64,000 nt of DNA from Bugula neritina (taxonomy: Eukaryota > Animalia > Bryozoa): the NCBI GenBank assembly GCA_964035545.1, contig OZ037772.1, forward strand, positions 8,363,150 to 8,427,149, in the 5' to 3' direction. Shown here one piece after another: positions 45,851-57,770 of the stretch. Numbering within the stretch: the first letter of the stretch is position 1; each line of letters starts with the position of its first letter. Under the pieces are notes generated by a model. That model worked only from the letters and a program-made list of their open reading frames with translations. It was not told where the DNA came from and did not search any database. The translations under genes were made by a program, and so were the position numbers.

Positions 45851-48520
45851 ATGGAAGAGTATGAGCTAGAAACGGCTAAGGAGTCGGCTTCTAGTGAGGA
45901 ATCCGAGCTACTGTCTCCCAAAGTTAGACAAAGATCACCATATCCAATCTACATGGTGTCTTTACTGTTCTATTTGGGAGATGCTATAGGAACAAACATA
46001 GTTTTGGAGGCAGTTGTGTATAACAAGGTGTGCTACAGTCACTTTGCTAATGTCAGTCTCTGTACTAACGCCACGTTCTCAAAGAACCACCCGGATCTTC
46101 AGGTAAGGCTTCTCTGTTACGAACCTTATCTTGATTTTCTTTCACATAACTCTTTGTGTAATGGGCTCTTCCTCATCGTGCCACTAAAATCATAATAACC
46201 TTGAATACTTTTCTATTATAGTATGTAGACAATACAGCAGTTTGTAACTTTGGCCCCCTGCAAAGTAGTAATTGATATAATATAATGTGGCCAGTTGGCA
46301 TGCAAGTCAGGGTCTTTAAGACTCAAGAAAATCTTTGAGTAATACTGATTTATTGAACTCTTATTGCTTGTTATAACCTAACATAGTTGTTAGTAAAGCA
46401 AACTACAACAGAGTTCCAGCACACACTCCAACTTATATAAATGTTTCTAATTATTATTTGAAATTCGAATGAAATTGGTGGACAATTTGCAGGAATATGC
46501 GTAATCACTTTACCTGGTTTGCATGATTGTTTAACATATTCTACTCTATCTGAACTTTATTACTTTTTAAGTTAGAAAATAACAATATTATATGAGTTCT
46601 TGAAAGACACTAACACTATATTCAACAGCACTTTTTAGTGTAATTTCAGTTTTCACGTGTTGATAGAATGTTGTTTTTTGAGTATTTCGAGAGATTTCGT
46701 ATCATATGATACTGAACATAGATGTATGATTACTAGAGAATACAGATATATATATGGTCACTAAAGAAGAGTTTTCTGTTAATCCAGGAAGATGCTGCAC
46801 GGTGGGGGAACTATATAGCTGCCATACAGATTGTACCAGCCGTGTTGACCAACCTACTTCTCAGCTCCTACTCTGACAGAATCGGACACCGTCTTCCAAT
46901 ATGTCTGCCGGCTATCAGCTTTGCTCTGGCAGCCGGTGCCTTGGCTGTCTTGGCAACTGATTCTCTGATTTCACTTCCTATTGAGTTGTTACTAGTGTAT
47001 GGTTTCCTCTACAGTTTCCTGGGTGGAGGTCCTTTGGTAAGTTCACCAGATTTAAATTTTGAACATTAACCCGTTGAGAAAACTTAAGTAAATGGTTAGA
47101 GTTTCATGTATGTTTTCTTTAAAAAATCCCAATATGGCGTCGACTTATTGTTCAAGTTGACTTTACTTATATGTTTATATCTGGTTTTGTAATGCTGTGA
47201 TTGCCCAGTAGTCCCGTGGCGCAATGAATATCACGTCTACTCGGAAGCCGAAGGTCTTGGGTTCAAATCTCAGTGACGGAAATTATTTTTCAGGTGTCAT
47301 CTAGTCTCTATCTATATTTACTATATTACTATAAGCAGGCAATTTTATTCTGTTTCTAAGTACGCGGTTATACATGTATATAATATTACTAACTGTAAAT
47401 GGCTACATGGTATCACTAGAGATGGGCAGTTATACACCTCAATCAAAGATATGTACGGTATTTAATCTACTAATATCAAACTTATGAAAGTTTAAAACCA
47501 TCAAGAGCATCCAGACATAATTTCTCCTGTGCCCCATCTGAATGAGTCAAAGGTTTGCTGACAGGGATGGTGACTATAAACTTGCGCAAGCTTTATATGA
47601 AATAATAATTTCATACATTATTTGACTTTTAGTTGATGATGTCCTGCTACAGTTACATCACATTGATCTCTAGCAACGAGAAGATGTCTTTCAATATGGT
47701 CGTACTGGAGGCAGCCACTGATGTAGGATATCTAATTGGCCTTCTAGCAAGTGGACCTTTATTTGACCACTTTGGTTTAAATACACTATCTTATATTAAT
47801 GTGGGCGTTTCTATCACCCCAGTAATAGTTTTGTGTTTTACTGTAAAAGAAATACATGATTCACAGGCTATAGCGTGGAGAGATGCTATAGGAGTAAAGT
47901 ATATGCTCGACTCGGCTAAATGCGTCTTTAAGAAGCGGCCATCATACAACCGACTTCTAATCCATCTCTGTTATCTAACAAACTTTATATGCTGCTTTTC
48001 TGTAATTGGCTTTTGGGCCAACTCCTTTCTGTACTTCACCAAACAACTTGGAATGTCATTGACACAGTTTTCACTTTTCTCAGCAGCGATAGAAGTAGCT
48101 ATAGCCTTTGGTGGACCAGCCATCATCTTTCTCAACAACAAAGTCTTCAAGTTAGATGACATAACGTTTGGTGTGCTGTCATGTGCCATTTTAGCTCTAG
48201 CCGACATTATAATGTCTATTCATGCTATCCCAGGTGAAATTTGGATAGGGGCCATACTTTTTTCTTTCGAAATTACCATATATGGTATAATTAGGTCATT
48301 TCAAGTTAAGTTTGTTGATGAGAATGAGATTGGAAAGCTATTCGCCTATGACAGTTTATTTAAAGTGATGATTAATTTAGTATCTAAGATGGCGTTCAAA
48401 GAACTGTATTCATTCTCCGTGGCTGTTTATCCATCTTTGTTTCTAGTTGTCTGCGGATTTCTGTACTTATGTGCCATGTTGACCCTAATTCTGATTGGTC
48501 GATTATCTAATTTCAAATAA
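45851..48520 (+). CDS. MFS transporter, SLC46-like (copy B, tandem paralog), 462 aa
   Basis: Exons 45851-46102, 46788-47036, 47633-48520; same structure and motifs as copy A. Confidence 0.85.
47204..47290 (+). mobile_element. Short tRNA-like SINE family 2
   Basis: CCCAGTAGTCCCGTGGCGCAA..GGGTTCAAATCTCAGTG plus T tail. Confidence 0.65.
47503..47595 (+). mobile_element. 5'-truncated SINE family 1
   Basis: Core AAGAGCATCCAG.CATAATT.CTCCTGTGCC and tail CAGGGATGGTGACTATAAACTTGCG. Confidence 0.7.
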
Positions 48521-48732
48521 ACTTAAAGTTTTTTTCAACGTCATAGTTCTGGTTTTACATAATTTCAAATTTGTATTTCATAATTGTAATAATTTCTAAC
48601 ATTATTTATATTAAGAAACAATTTACTTTTCAGTAATAAATATATATATCTTTCATTTTTTGCATATCAAGCAGTTATATTTCTAGATAAACTGTAAATT
48701 GAACTGTAATATTGTACTTTTCTACTGTCTGC

Positions 48733-48818
<86 letters not shown>

Positions 48819-48950
48819 GTATGCTGATTGTCAATCTAGTTGGAGTTCCAGCAAAGTAAAGTGCTCGATATCACGGGTGACAGAGCTAATATAATGTAGT
48901 GTGTCCAGATTGTTAATGATACATATATATTTTTTTATTTAAAAAATCTC

Positions 48951-48995
48951 ACACGACTATATAGTTTCGTACAGTAAACTGCACTCGTCAGGTGT
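48951..48995 (-). ncRNA. Minimal type-I hammerhead ribozyme motif (Penelope-like-element type)
   Basis: Exact reverse complement of 49004-49048. Confidence 0.8.
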
Positions 48996-49003
48996 TAGAC
49001 TAA

Positions 49004-49048
49004 ACACCTGACGAGTGCAGTTTACTGTACGAAACTATATAGTCGTGT
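49004..49048 (+). ncRNA. Minimal type-I hammerhead ribozyme motif (Penelope-like-element type)
   Basis: ACAC (stem I), CUGACGA core, GUGCAG-uuua-CUGUAC (stem II), GAAA, palindromic stem III ACUAUAUAGU, GUC cleavage triplet, GUGU (stem I'). Confidence 0.8.
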
Positions 49049-49103
49049 GAGATTTTTTAAATAAAAAAATATATATGTATCATTAACAATCTGAACACAC
49101 TAC

Positions 49104-49184
<81 letters not shown>

Positions 49185-49496
49185 ATATATATATATATGT
49201 ATATATATATGTATATATATACATGACAAAGCTATATTCCCTTACTTGGATAGCAAAGAACCGATATTGAGAAAATGCTATTGTCATCAGGATTGTAGAC
49301 AGCCAATAGCCACATAACTTGTCTGCTTGATTTTCCCTCCTATTACAAAGTTCACTAGTATACCAACAGATATTTAGCATCCTCTGCAAGTGAACAAAAG
49401 TAATAGAGTTAGCCTATTATACTAATTGATAAGGTTAAACTGATGCAGGCAGCTTACCTGTTAGGAGCACAGTCTATATTCTACAGGCTATAAATA

Positions 49497-49711
49497 AAAA
49501 AACTCACGCAAGTTTATAGTCACTATCCCTCTGAGAAACCCCTGATGGAAGGGTTTTTTAAAGCGGGCTAAGGACTTATTTAAATGAGGCACGGGAGCAA
49601 TCATGACTGGATACTCTTCCTAACATCACCAATGGCCTTTGTCAGGGCTCGAACCCATGACCTTTGTGTTTACTAGGCAAACGTTCTAACCCCTAGACCA
49701 CGGCTGCTCCC
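49497..49711 (-). mobile_element. tRNA-derived SINE family 1 (near-consensus copy)
   Basis: Full length; TSD TATAAATA (49489-49496 / 49712-49719). Confidence 0.92.
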
Positions 49712-51363
49712 TATAAATACCCCCATATATAATATACATGTATATAATATAGATGAATATGACACATAATATATAAATAGAATATATAATACACAATCAG
49801 AACACATATATCATAGTGATTAGTATATAGTTTATGAATATAATATTATATATAAATATATGCCAATATATAACTATATTACATAGCATAGTACATTGCT
49901 ATTATTGTACTACATGTATTACATATATTACATGGGCATAATTGTATAATACATTAGTAGAACATATAAAATGAAGATAACATATTATAATGCAATACTA
50001 TAATATATTATATATACATAGTTATGATGTACAATACTTTATTGTAGGATTATGATAAACAGCCTTTTCCCTAAAAGATTGTCCAACACCAATGCTATAA
50101 AACAAAGCAGATCGCATAAATTTACAGAATATATCTATTGACTTAGCTCAACCACAAACATTCTATGTAGCAATATTTTACTGCAATACTTGAGTATATA
50201 ATATGATCATAGTTAAAATAATATATTATATATTACAGGTATGATAATTATTATAATAATTATTGTCTTTCTAGCCTGACCGCCCATAAAGTCTGCATGC
50301 ACTTGCAGAGCTGAAATGCGTTTGTCAGGTAGCTCTGAGTGTAAATGAAGTCACATGACCTTCACCTAGTAACTTACAGTATTCCGGACTCAGTTTTCTA
50401 GCTGATATGATTAAAGTCCCCATTTGTAACTTCATCACCGAAGCATTGCTATCACTGAACTAATCTATACCTAATATAATACAAATAAACTAAACCAATA
50501 TTTGAGTTAATTATGTAATGAATGATATACAAGCAAACACAAGTATGGCTATATATTATATTTTGCAATGCTATGTTAATATGCATTTGTATATAATACA
50601 ATAACTTTAACCTGCATTAATAATGACTTTGACATTGACCCGTATACTGTTCACTGTTCTATAATGTTACATTTAAGCAAAGTTTTGAACATACTGTATA
50701 GTGTATAGTAATTATCTGGTGTAGTTTAAATAAAATGAAGTAATGTGCTGTAAGCATTATATAGTCACTAAATAATTGATTAAATTACTGGCTAACATGA
50801 CATTGCTATATGTGTATCTGAGGATTTTCTCTAGTGTACGAGTACAAACAAGCTTAGGGTATAATATTGAGTTTGAATATTTCTTCACAGTAGTGCTATT
50901 GTTTATTGTTACGTTTCAAAAAGTACTCTCAATTTTGCATGTTCATGTACTTACTATTCACACACTTTGAAAGTCAAACTAGCTTGAATATTTTTTAGTA
51001 CATAACAAAATTCAGTCAGTATATAAACCATGTTGTCTATGTCTTAATTCGGCTCAAACTGGTTTACTAGAAATATATGTACATTGAAAATGTGTTCTTA
51101 CTTTCACAACAATTGTAACAGCTGTACTAGTTTTAGAGTAGAGAATATTATGCATACAGAATTAAAGCTTGATGTATTTGGAAATCTTATGTAGAATTCA
51201 CATAAAAATTGAGAAAATATAGTATAATTGTTTGACACTATAGAGTAATTTGTTGTTTGGAATTAAGCATTTCTGATGAAGCGGTTTGATAACAAAGAGT
51301 ATGTATAGCACTATGGTTTGATGACTCAAGCAAAGTAGATAATCCTGAAAAGGTAGACAACTC

Positions 51364-54300
51364 CTATGCACATCCTTCATAGTATGGAGGAACTGGGTTC
51401 TGGGGTGTTGGGTCCCAATCGGCACTCAGACGGTAGTACAATGTGTCTTCCAATCTGAATGGTGCAAGCGGTTTCACAGGAGTTGTATCTGGAGTGGCGG
51501 GGCAAATTTGCTGTTGGGGTTGTCTACTGGGTAGATGGGGACTAGCACCTTGTCCATAGGAGCTGGAAGGCTGCTGTCTAACCGTGGCTTGATGAATGGG
51601 ACCGGAGTATGGTGGTGTATAACTTTGGTGCAATTTAGGTGTTGAAGAACCGATACCTTGTAGAGGTGATGAAAGGCCCTGTTGCTGAGGGTATGCATAT
51701 TGCCCAGATATCTGTTGTTGTTGAGGGTATCTAGTCTGAGGTACCGCTATTGCCTGAGATTGGGGATAGAATGTAGGCGCGGCCTTCTGGAGATCTGGCT
51801 TGTCAAATCTGTATCCATCTTTTTTCATTTCACGCCGGTTACCTGGTTGGTGTGGTACCGGAGGGTCGTAAGAATACTGCTGCTGTTGAACAGATCCACT
51901 TGGTTCCTGACTATAGCTTGGACCCGGAGCGCCACCAGCTGCTCCCTCAACACTACCAGACCATTGCTGTGTCCAGTCAGGAGTACCACAAACTGATGCT
52001 CCTCCAGAACCAGTTCCAGCTGCTGCTGCTACAGGCTGGCTCGCAGGATCAACTACATCATCATCCCTACAAATTTTGCTGGAGCCCAATGCTGCCTTTG
52101 ATTGGCCAAACCCACTGGGTCCTGCAGGTACGGGGAATGTAGAAGCGTCAAAAACTTGGTCTGATATGATTTGTTGGACATTACCGGCACAAGCTCTTTG
52201 AGATTCAAGGGTTTTATCAGCTTTTCCTTGTTGTTTTTTAATGGCTTTTGCCTCACTAATTTTTTGTTCTTTGTGACATTCAATCAACTGCTTTAGCTCA
52301 GAACAATCGGAATTCAATAATTTGGCTTTTTCTAGAATATTCTTGCCAATATCGTTCTTTTTGCTGTCAAAAGCAGAAATAGCTTTTTTCAGTTCACTAA
52401 TTTGAAAATCGGTAAAATCTTTGACCTCAGCCACTCTGTAAGAGTCGGGAATCGTGTTGGCGTAGCTCTCCTTGTTTCTTTCAAGATAAGCTACGTCTCT
52501 TTTCTTACAGTACAATGGGGAATAAGCATCTTTAAGCTCCGCCTCTACTGGGCGTGTCTCTCTGTTCAAGTCCTTCAGTTCAATTGGATGTGCCACCAAA
52601 GAAAGGGCTGTTACATCTTCAGAGGTTGCGTCTATTTCATCTATCTCTTCCAGCTTTAAATCCTCTTCCAATTTAGTTATTGTCATTATGTCAAGCTGCA
52701 AAATTGTTTGAAAACAACTTCATAATTTATTATCTAAAGCTATATATAGCGCAAATTCAACAAATGTTGGAGCACACCTATGGTAACATTGATATTTATC
52801 TTTAAAAGGCTAATAAAAAAAACGGTTTTGTGTTTCCCATTGCTGTGTACATGACTCATTTTATGATAGTGTAATGTTTTTTAACGTTCTTTAGCTATAA
52901 ATTAGGCACAAAATGTTTAATAAAATCCTATCAAGAAACAAGCTATATATTTCAAAACAATTTCTGCAACAGCTTTTAAAATAGTGAGATTTATTAGTTT
53001 AACCTGTCAATTTTGGGAAAAATGATACAAGATGTTCACTATTAGATTTATGAAAAATAGAAAATGTTATCAAATTAGCCCAGATTTATGAAAACAGTAT
53101 CTCTTAGCAGCACCAGCTACAATAATATGCAACTCACAAATTACAAGTAAGTCAGTGCAAAAGAGTAAGCAACACTAACAGAGTTTGAGATTCTTGAGTT
53201 TATGGTTAGGAGTAGGGGTTGGTGCTTTTAATCCCCATCTTTAAACTCAATAATCCCTAACTACTGCACTCGGCTAACCCCAGCTGAGAGCTGCATATAC
53301 ACAACTATGAGTAAAGAGGAACCGACCAATTTTAAAGAACAAAGGAGTCATTCACTTACTGCGAGGACTTTCACATTTGTCGTATCTTGCTTGCCATTAG
53401 CTTGGAATTCATTAACAAACTCTGAAGTTATGGACTCCTGTAAAACAATTGTACTCAATAAAGTTTGCATATAATTTTATGTATAGCCTATATAATTAGA
53501 AGACATAATTTACTATAAAATAACATATGATTTAATACAATATTTTATGTAATACCATAATAGAACACAATATAATATATCTTGACTTTTCTACTGTCCT
53601 AATGTATGCTTCAGTTTTAACTATTAACATTAACATTATATTATCTAATATTCAAAGAAAAGAATATAAGGATAAACTCTCAGATAAACAAAAATTCTAC
53701 CTATATTTTTCTGCTTAAAAATATTTTTGTTTGAGATAAGCATAATACAAGTTTGATTCATTTTTTTGTTTATTTTGTAAATTTATTAAATAAAAATACT
53801 GTAAAAGCACTTTAAAGAATAATTGCAACTAAAAAAGATAATAGCGCATTGGTTGAATGTTTTGTCTAAACACCAAAGGTTGGGGCACTGTGCCAACCAC
53901 CACACTATAAAAGAAAACAGGGACCACAGTCTTTGTACCGGGAACTATAGCGTTATTAGAGAAACTTGATGGATGAGCTGCCAGATTTGTAGAAAAACAA
54001 GGACTTGATTGCATAACCGGCAAATATTGCTGAAAAGTTGTGCCTATTGACATGTTAAATTTCTCAGCAGATTGTACAGATGCAAAATCTTTATCTAGTT
54101 GAAAATTGTCTGATGCCAGAAGCTTTCTTTCGCTGCCAATAGGTAACTGAGTGCAAGTAGTCACTGGTGGAGCTGGAAGAAAAGGAATCGGTTCTACATC
54201 TGCAACCAATGGTGAATGAACTATTTTCTCTAATCTTGAAAAGAATCCATCACAATTGCTGGAAATACTTTTGTCGTCATTGCTTTCAATTTCTGATTGA

Positions 54301-57166
54301 GTTAACTCTGTAGATTGAGCATTATTGGTATTAAAATTGTAGAATATTGCATTCTGTGCTTCTTTTGGTGATTTTTTATTTTCAAGCTTTAGCTTACACG
54401 TAAATGTATCATCTTTGAGATAGTCTTTAGAACCTTTCCAATGTTTATTAGTCTTTGTTTGTTGCTTGTAACCAGCTTCTAATTTTAGTTTTTTATCTTT
54501 ATTTTTATTTTTTTTTAAGTTTTTTAATATTCTTCTTGTCGAAGGCACCAGGCCCTTACGTTTAGATGTCAAACTCCCAAGTTGCTGGTGAGATTTGGCT
54601 GGGCTAATCGGGGAGAAGCGTTCCGTTAGATTCTCCAAGTAACCATGCAGCCGCATCTAGGAGAAGATAAATCTTGGTATAGTTTGCTGCTCATCTTATA
54701 ATAAGTACTCTTGAGTGTCAGAGTATAGAAAGTGATGTAGCTTGAGGAAGATTTGAACAAACTCTGCTTTCATTACTTTTGAGTCGTTCACCAGTGTTTT
54801 CAAACCCAAAGTCATGACAGATAGTAACATTTACACAAAATAGAACCTCTGTAATTTAATATATGTAGCCTTATTGCAAACAAGATTACTTTTACAAAAA
54901 CATAAACCATTGGGTAATCTAATATAAATATGGCCACATATTTAAAATTTTTGGCATTTTAATTTTATTAGAGTAAAAATATTTTTGGCATAAAACATAA
55001 ATTATATTTTATCAAAATTTATTTAATAAATGCTCATTGGCAAAATAAGAGCTTTACTAAAAACACTTAGTCCTAACTACAGTACTTTGTTGAAAATGCT
55101 TTCAGAAACCAGGCTTTAGTGTTCATGATTTAATCGAACACTTACCAAAGGCTTGCTGTCCAGCAGGTCAGACATTTTGTCATCAATCAACTCCACACAC
55201 CAATAAACTAGACTGAAGGCTTTGTGGTGTCCAAGAGCTGTGTTAGCCTTTAACAGCTCATCACACTCTGCCAGCAAATTCTCAGTGAATGCCAAACACT
55301 AAATAGTAAACACAACAGGTCATATTTTGCAAAGATAGCATGATGGCTTTTGTCATAAAAGCTACTAAAGTTTAGCTTGACACTTAGAAAAAAACCACTT
55401 GATTTGTGTTGACTAATTTTTGCATTAAAAATCTATGCTTGTAGTGAGTCTACCCAGAAGTTCCTGCATGTGGTGTAAGAATTAGCAGACCTGTTTGCTA
55501 GCAGGGTGTCCAGGGTTTGAATCTCAGTGGGACAAAAGCTTTATATGTTTAAATTTTAGAGAAAAAGCTTTTGCAAGAAGCAAAGTAGTTAACTAGGTAG
55601 AACATTTAGCAATCTGTATAGCTGGTAAATGTACTGATGAGTTTACCTAGTGGCGTGTGGTGCAATGGTTAGCATATTCGCTTGCAAGCCAGAGGTCTTG
55701 GGCTTGAATCCCAGTAAGAACAAACTTTTTTTTAGAGTAAAATAATGAAAAATGATTTTGCCTCTCACTGGGAATCGAAACCGAGTCCTCTGGTTTGCAA
55801 GCAAGTGTGCTACTATTACACCCGAGGGCCACTGGGTAAACTTATAACTACATTCCACCCACTTGTTTAAGCTCCACTGGCCTGCCTACAACTCCACCAG
55901 TCTTCAGGCTTCCCTAGCCACTCAACTTTTTCGGAGTACTATTACACTTTACTAAAAGCTGAAATAACTTGAAAAAGAATTTTTCTCCCACTGGGAATTG
56001 AACCCTAGTCCTCTGGATTGCAAGCAAGTGTGCTACCATTACACCACGGGAGCTACTGGGTAAACACATTATTACAATTAAGTATATTTCAAAACTAACC
56101 AAAAGGAAATGCTTATACTCTACATCCGGGCCAGTTAGAAGCCAGCTCCCTATAAACTGGTTGTAATACTTTTGACCTACGGAGCTCATAACCAAACGGT
56201 CGGCAAGCATATCGCTAATTGTCTCCCGGAATCTAGATCTCATCTCGTTTATCTCCTTTAAGTTCTTCTCCGCAGAAAATAATACTGAAATAAGGTTTAA
56301 GACCAATTTTAAAGCGAAATAAAGTTTCAAGTTGATCTCAATATTGAGATTTTGATACATTGTCGTAATTTATTAAGCAATTTGAGGAAATAATAATGTA
56401 TTGGCAACTATCGAAAAGCATTTTATTCATATTTTTGTACTTCTTGATTTAATTCATACTATTTTTATTTCTTGAGATCATTTAAATCTAAAAACTAAGA
56501 GAGCAGCTGTGGTTAGGGTTAAAGCATTTGCCTAGTAAACACGAAGTCATGGGTTCAAGCCCATACAAAATCCATTGGTGATGTTAGGAAGAGCATCCAG
56601 TCATAATTGCTCCTGTACCTCATCTGATTAATTGTCCTTAGCTCGATTAAACAGAAACCCTTTTCATCAGGGGTTTCTCACAGGGATGGTGACTATAATA
56701 AACTTGCGTGAGTTATTTTAATGTGAAACCTAAGTTTACTATATATAGTATACAATTTTCTACCTATAAAATTTAGTGTATAAATTATTGCTCATCAAGA
56801 TGTTGGCAATTGATAAAATACAGTGCGAATAGCATTAAACAGTTGGCATATAATTTATCTTGACAAGTTGAAAATTTAAATACGTTATTTTTAGAGTGCT
56901 TGAAATTCTTACCCAGTCTTTCTAGATACGTGTCTTCTGTGCTCCAAGTAGCCAGAGCCGAAGGGTTACTGGAGAAGAGCTGGGAGGACTGACTCCTCAC
57001 TTTTGTTTGGTCATCATTCAAAATGGCTGATATTCTACAGAAGAATTTTGCAATAACAAGTTTGCTTTTAAGTTTTGTTAAAATTTTTTTTTGCAAAGTT
57101 AGCCAATAAAAAATACTTAATAATTTGGCTGCATGTATTAAATATTGCATGTTGTACATTGCGTGC

Positions 57167-57232
<66 letters not shown>

Positions 57233-57628
57233 GTGTGCGTGTGTGTGTGTGTGTGTGTGTAGTCCTATATAAGACTGCACAACATTATAAACATTTCATT
57301 CTTTCATGTCCGAAAAATCTAATAACGTATTATTTAGTTATATTTTTACAGACTTTTAAACACCTAAACTAGGTTTCTATAATTTTTTTAACTACCCATA
57401 ACACTACCAATTCTGTGTAGCAAATTTGATTGGTTTAGTTTTTTAAAATCTATTTTAATACTTAATTATTATAGCTGAGAAACAATCACTGCGTTGTATT
57501 TGTTTAATTTAATTTTTTACTCACCGTTTCCTGAAAAACCTGACAAGCCGTAACCGTCTGTCGGATGTGGTTGGAGCTTCAGAAACGGAGAGATTGCTTA
57601 TGTCAGAGTGTTGGTCTGCTTCCGCCAT
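51364..57628 (-). CDS. Uncharacterised 657-aa protein: helical N-terminal domain (possible divergent Bcl-2 fold), charged coiled coil, Q/P/S-rich tail
   Basis: Phase-consistent exons 57628-57525 (AAACATGG start), 57034-56913, 56284-56100, 55298-55146, 53437-53360, 52695-51364; open throughout. The fold assignment is inference. Confidence 0.75.
53829..54656 (-). CDS. Probable alternative terminal exon (275 codons, Lys-rich then S/P-rich) of the gene above, or a nested ORF
   Basis: Starts directly after a strong acceptor (TTTATCTTCTCCTAG|ATG) in phase 0, compatible with the donor at 55145; an 828-nt ORF in very AT-rich DNA. Confidence 0.55.
   Translation of the reverse strand: MRLHGYLENLTERFSPISPAKSHQQLGSLTSKRKGLVPSTRRILKNLKKNKNKDKKLKLEAGYKQQTKTNKHWKGSKDYLKDDTFTCKLKLENKKSPKEAQNAIFYNFNTNNAQSTELTQSEIESNDDKSISSNCDGFFSRLEKIVHSPLVADVEPIPFLPAPPVTTCTQLPIGSERKLLASDNFQLDKDFASVQSAEKFNMSIGTTFQQYLPVMQSSPCFSTNLAAHPSSFSNNAIVPGTKTVVPVFFYSVVVGTVPQPLVFRQNIQPMRYYLF
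55453..56061. mobile_element. Cluster of four family-2 tRNA-like SINEs (55453-55545 +, 55645-55735 +, 55750-55837 -, 55975-56061 -)
   Basis: Each begins CC(C/T)AG.(A/G)G.., has A/B-box-like motifs and a CTTGCAA-like loop, and ends T-rich. Confidence 0.75.
56499..56719 (+). mobile_element. tRNA-derived SINE family 1
   Basis: Shared head, core and tail. Confidence 0.88.
57168..57260. repeat. (GT)n microsatellite
   Basis: Direct observation. Confidence 0.97.
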
Positions 57629-57770
57629 GTTTAGGGCAAGTCCGGCTTGCTGAAAGTCAGTTTAACAATGCACCACTTGTAGGTGAAGCAGCAAGTCTTA
57701 TTGTGCGGGATTTAGCATTTCAGAAATGCATCAACTATTTGCGATTACATCACTGGATTGTGAAACAAGT
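57629..57770. promoter_or_regulatory. Probable compact bidirectional promoter / first-exon region of the head-to-head gene pair
   Basis: Locally GC-richer island. The minus-strand ATG is at 57628 and a plus-strand donor (CAA|GTAACA) at 57769 could end a 5' UTR exon of the plus gene. Confidence 0.4.

Larger units (their letters stand above)
48735..49221. repeat. (TA)n tracts enclosing a 222-bp near-perfect palindrome
   Basis: (TA)n at 48735-48815 and ~49105-49220; inverted arms 48889-48996 and 49003-49110 with one mismatch and a 6-nt loop. Confidence 0.95.

Noticed and set aside
51474-52659. Overlapping short ORFs on both strands
   Set aside because: Shadows of the long GC-richer terminal exon 52695-51364
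55645-55735. Possible tRNA genes (also the heads of all SINE copies)
   Set aside because: Acceptor and anticodon stems do not pair cleanly and the copies are mutually diverged with shared non-tRNA flanks, so they are SINEs
57068-57372. HTHT/CVCV ORFs
   Set aside because: Translations of a (GT)n microsatellite
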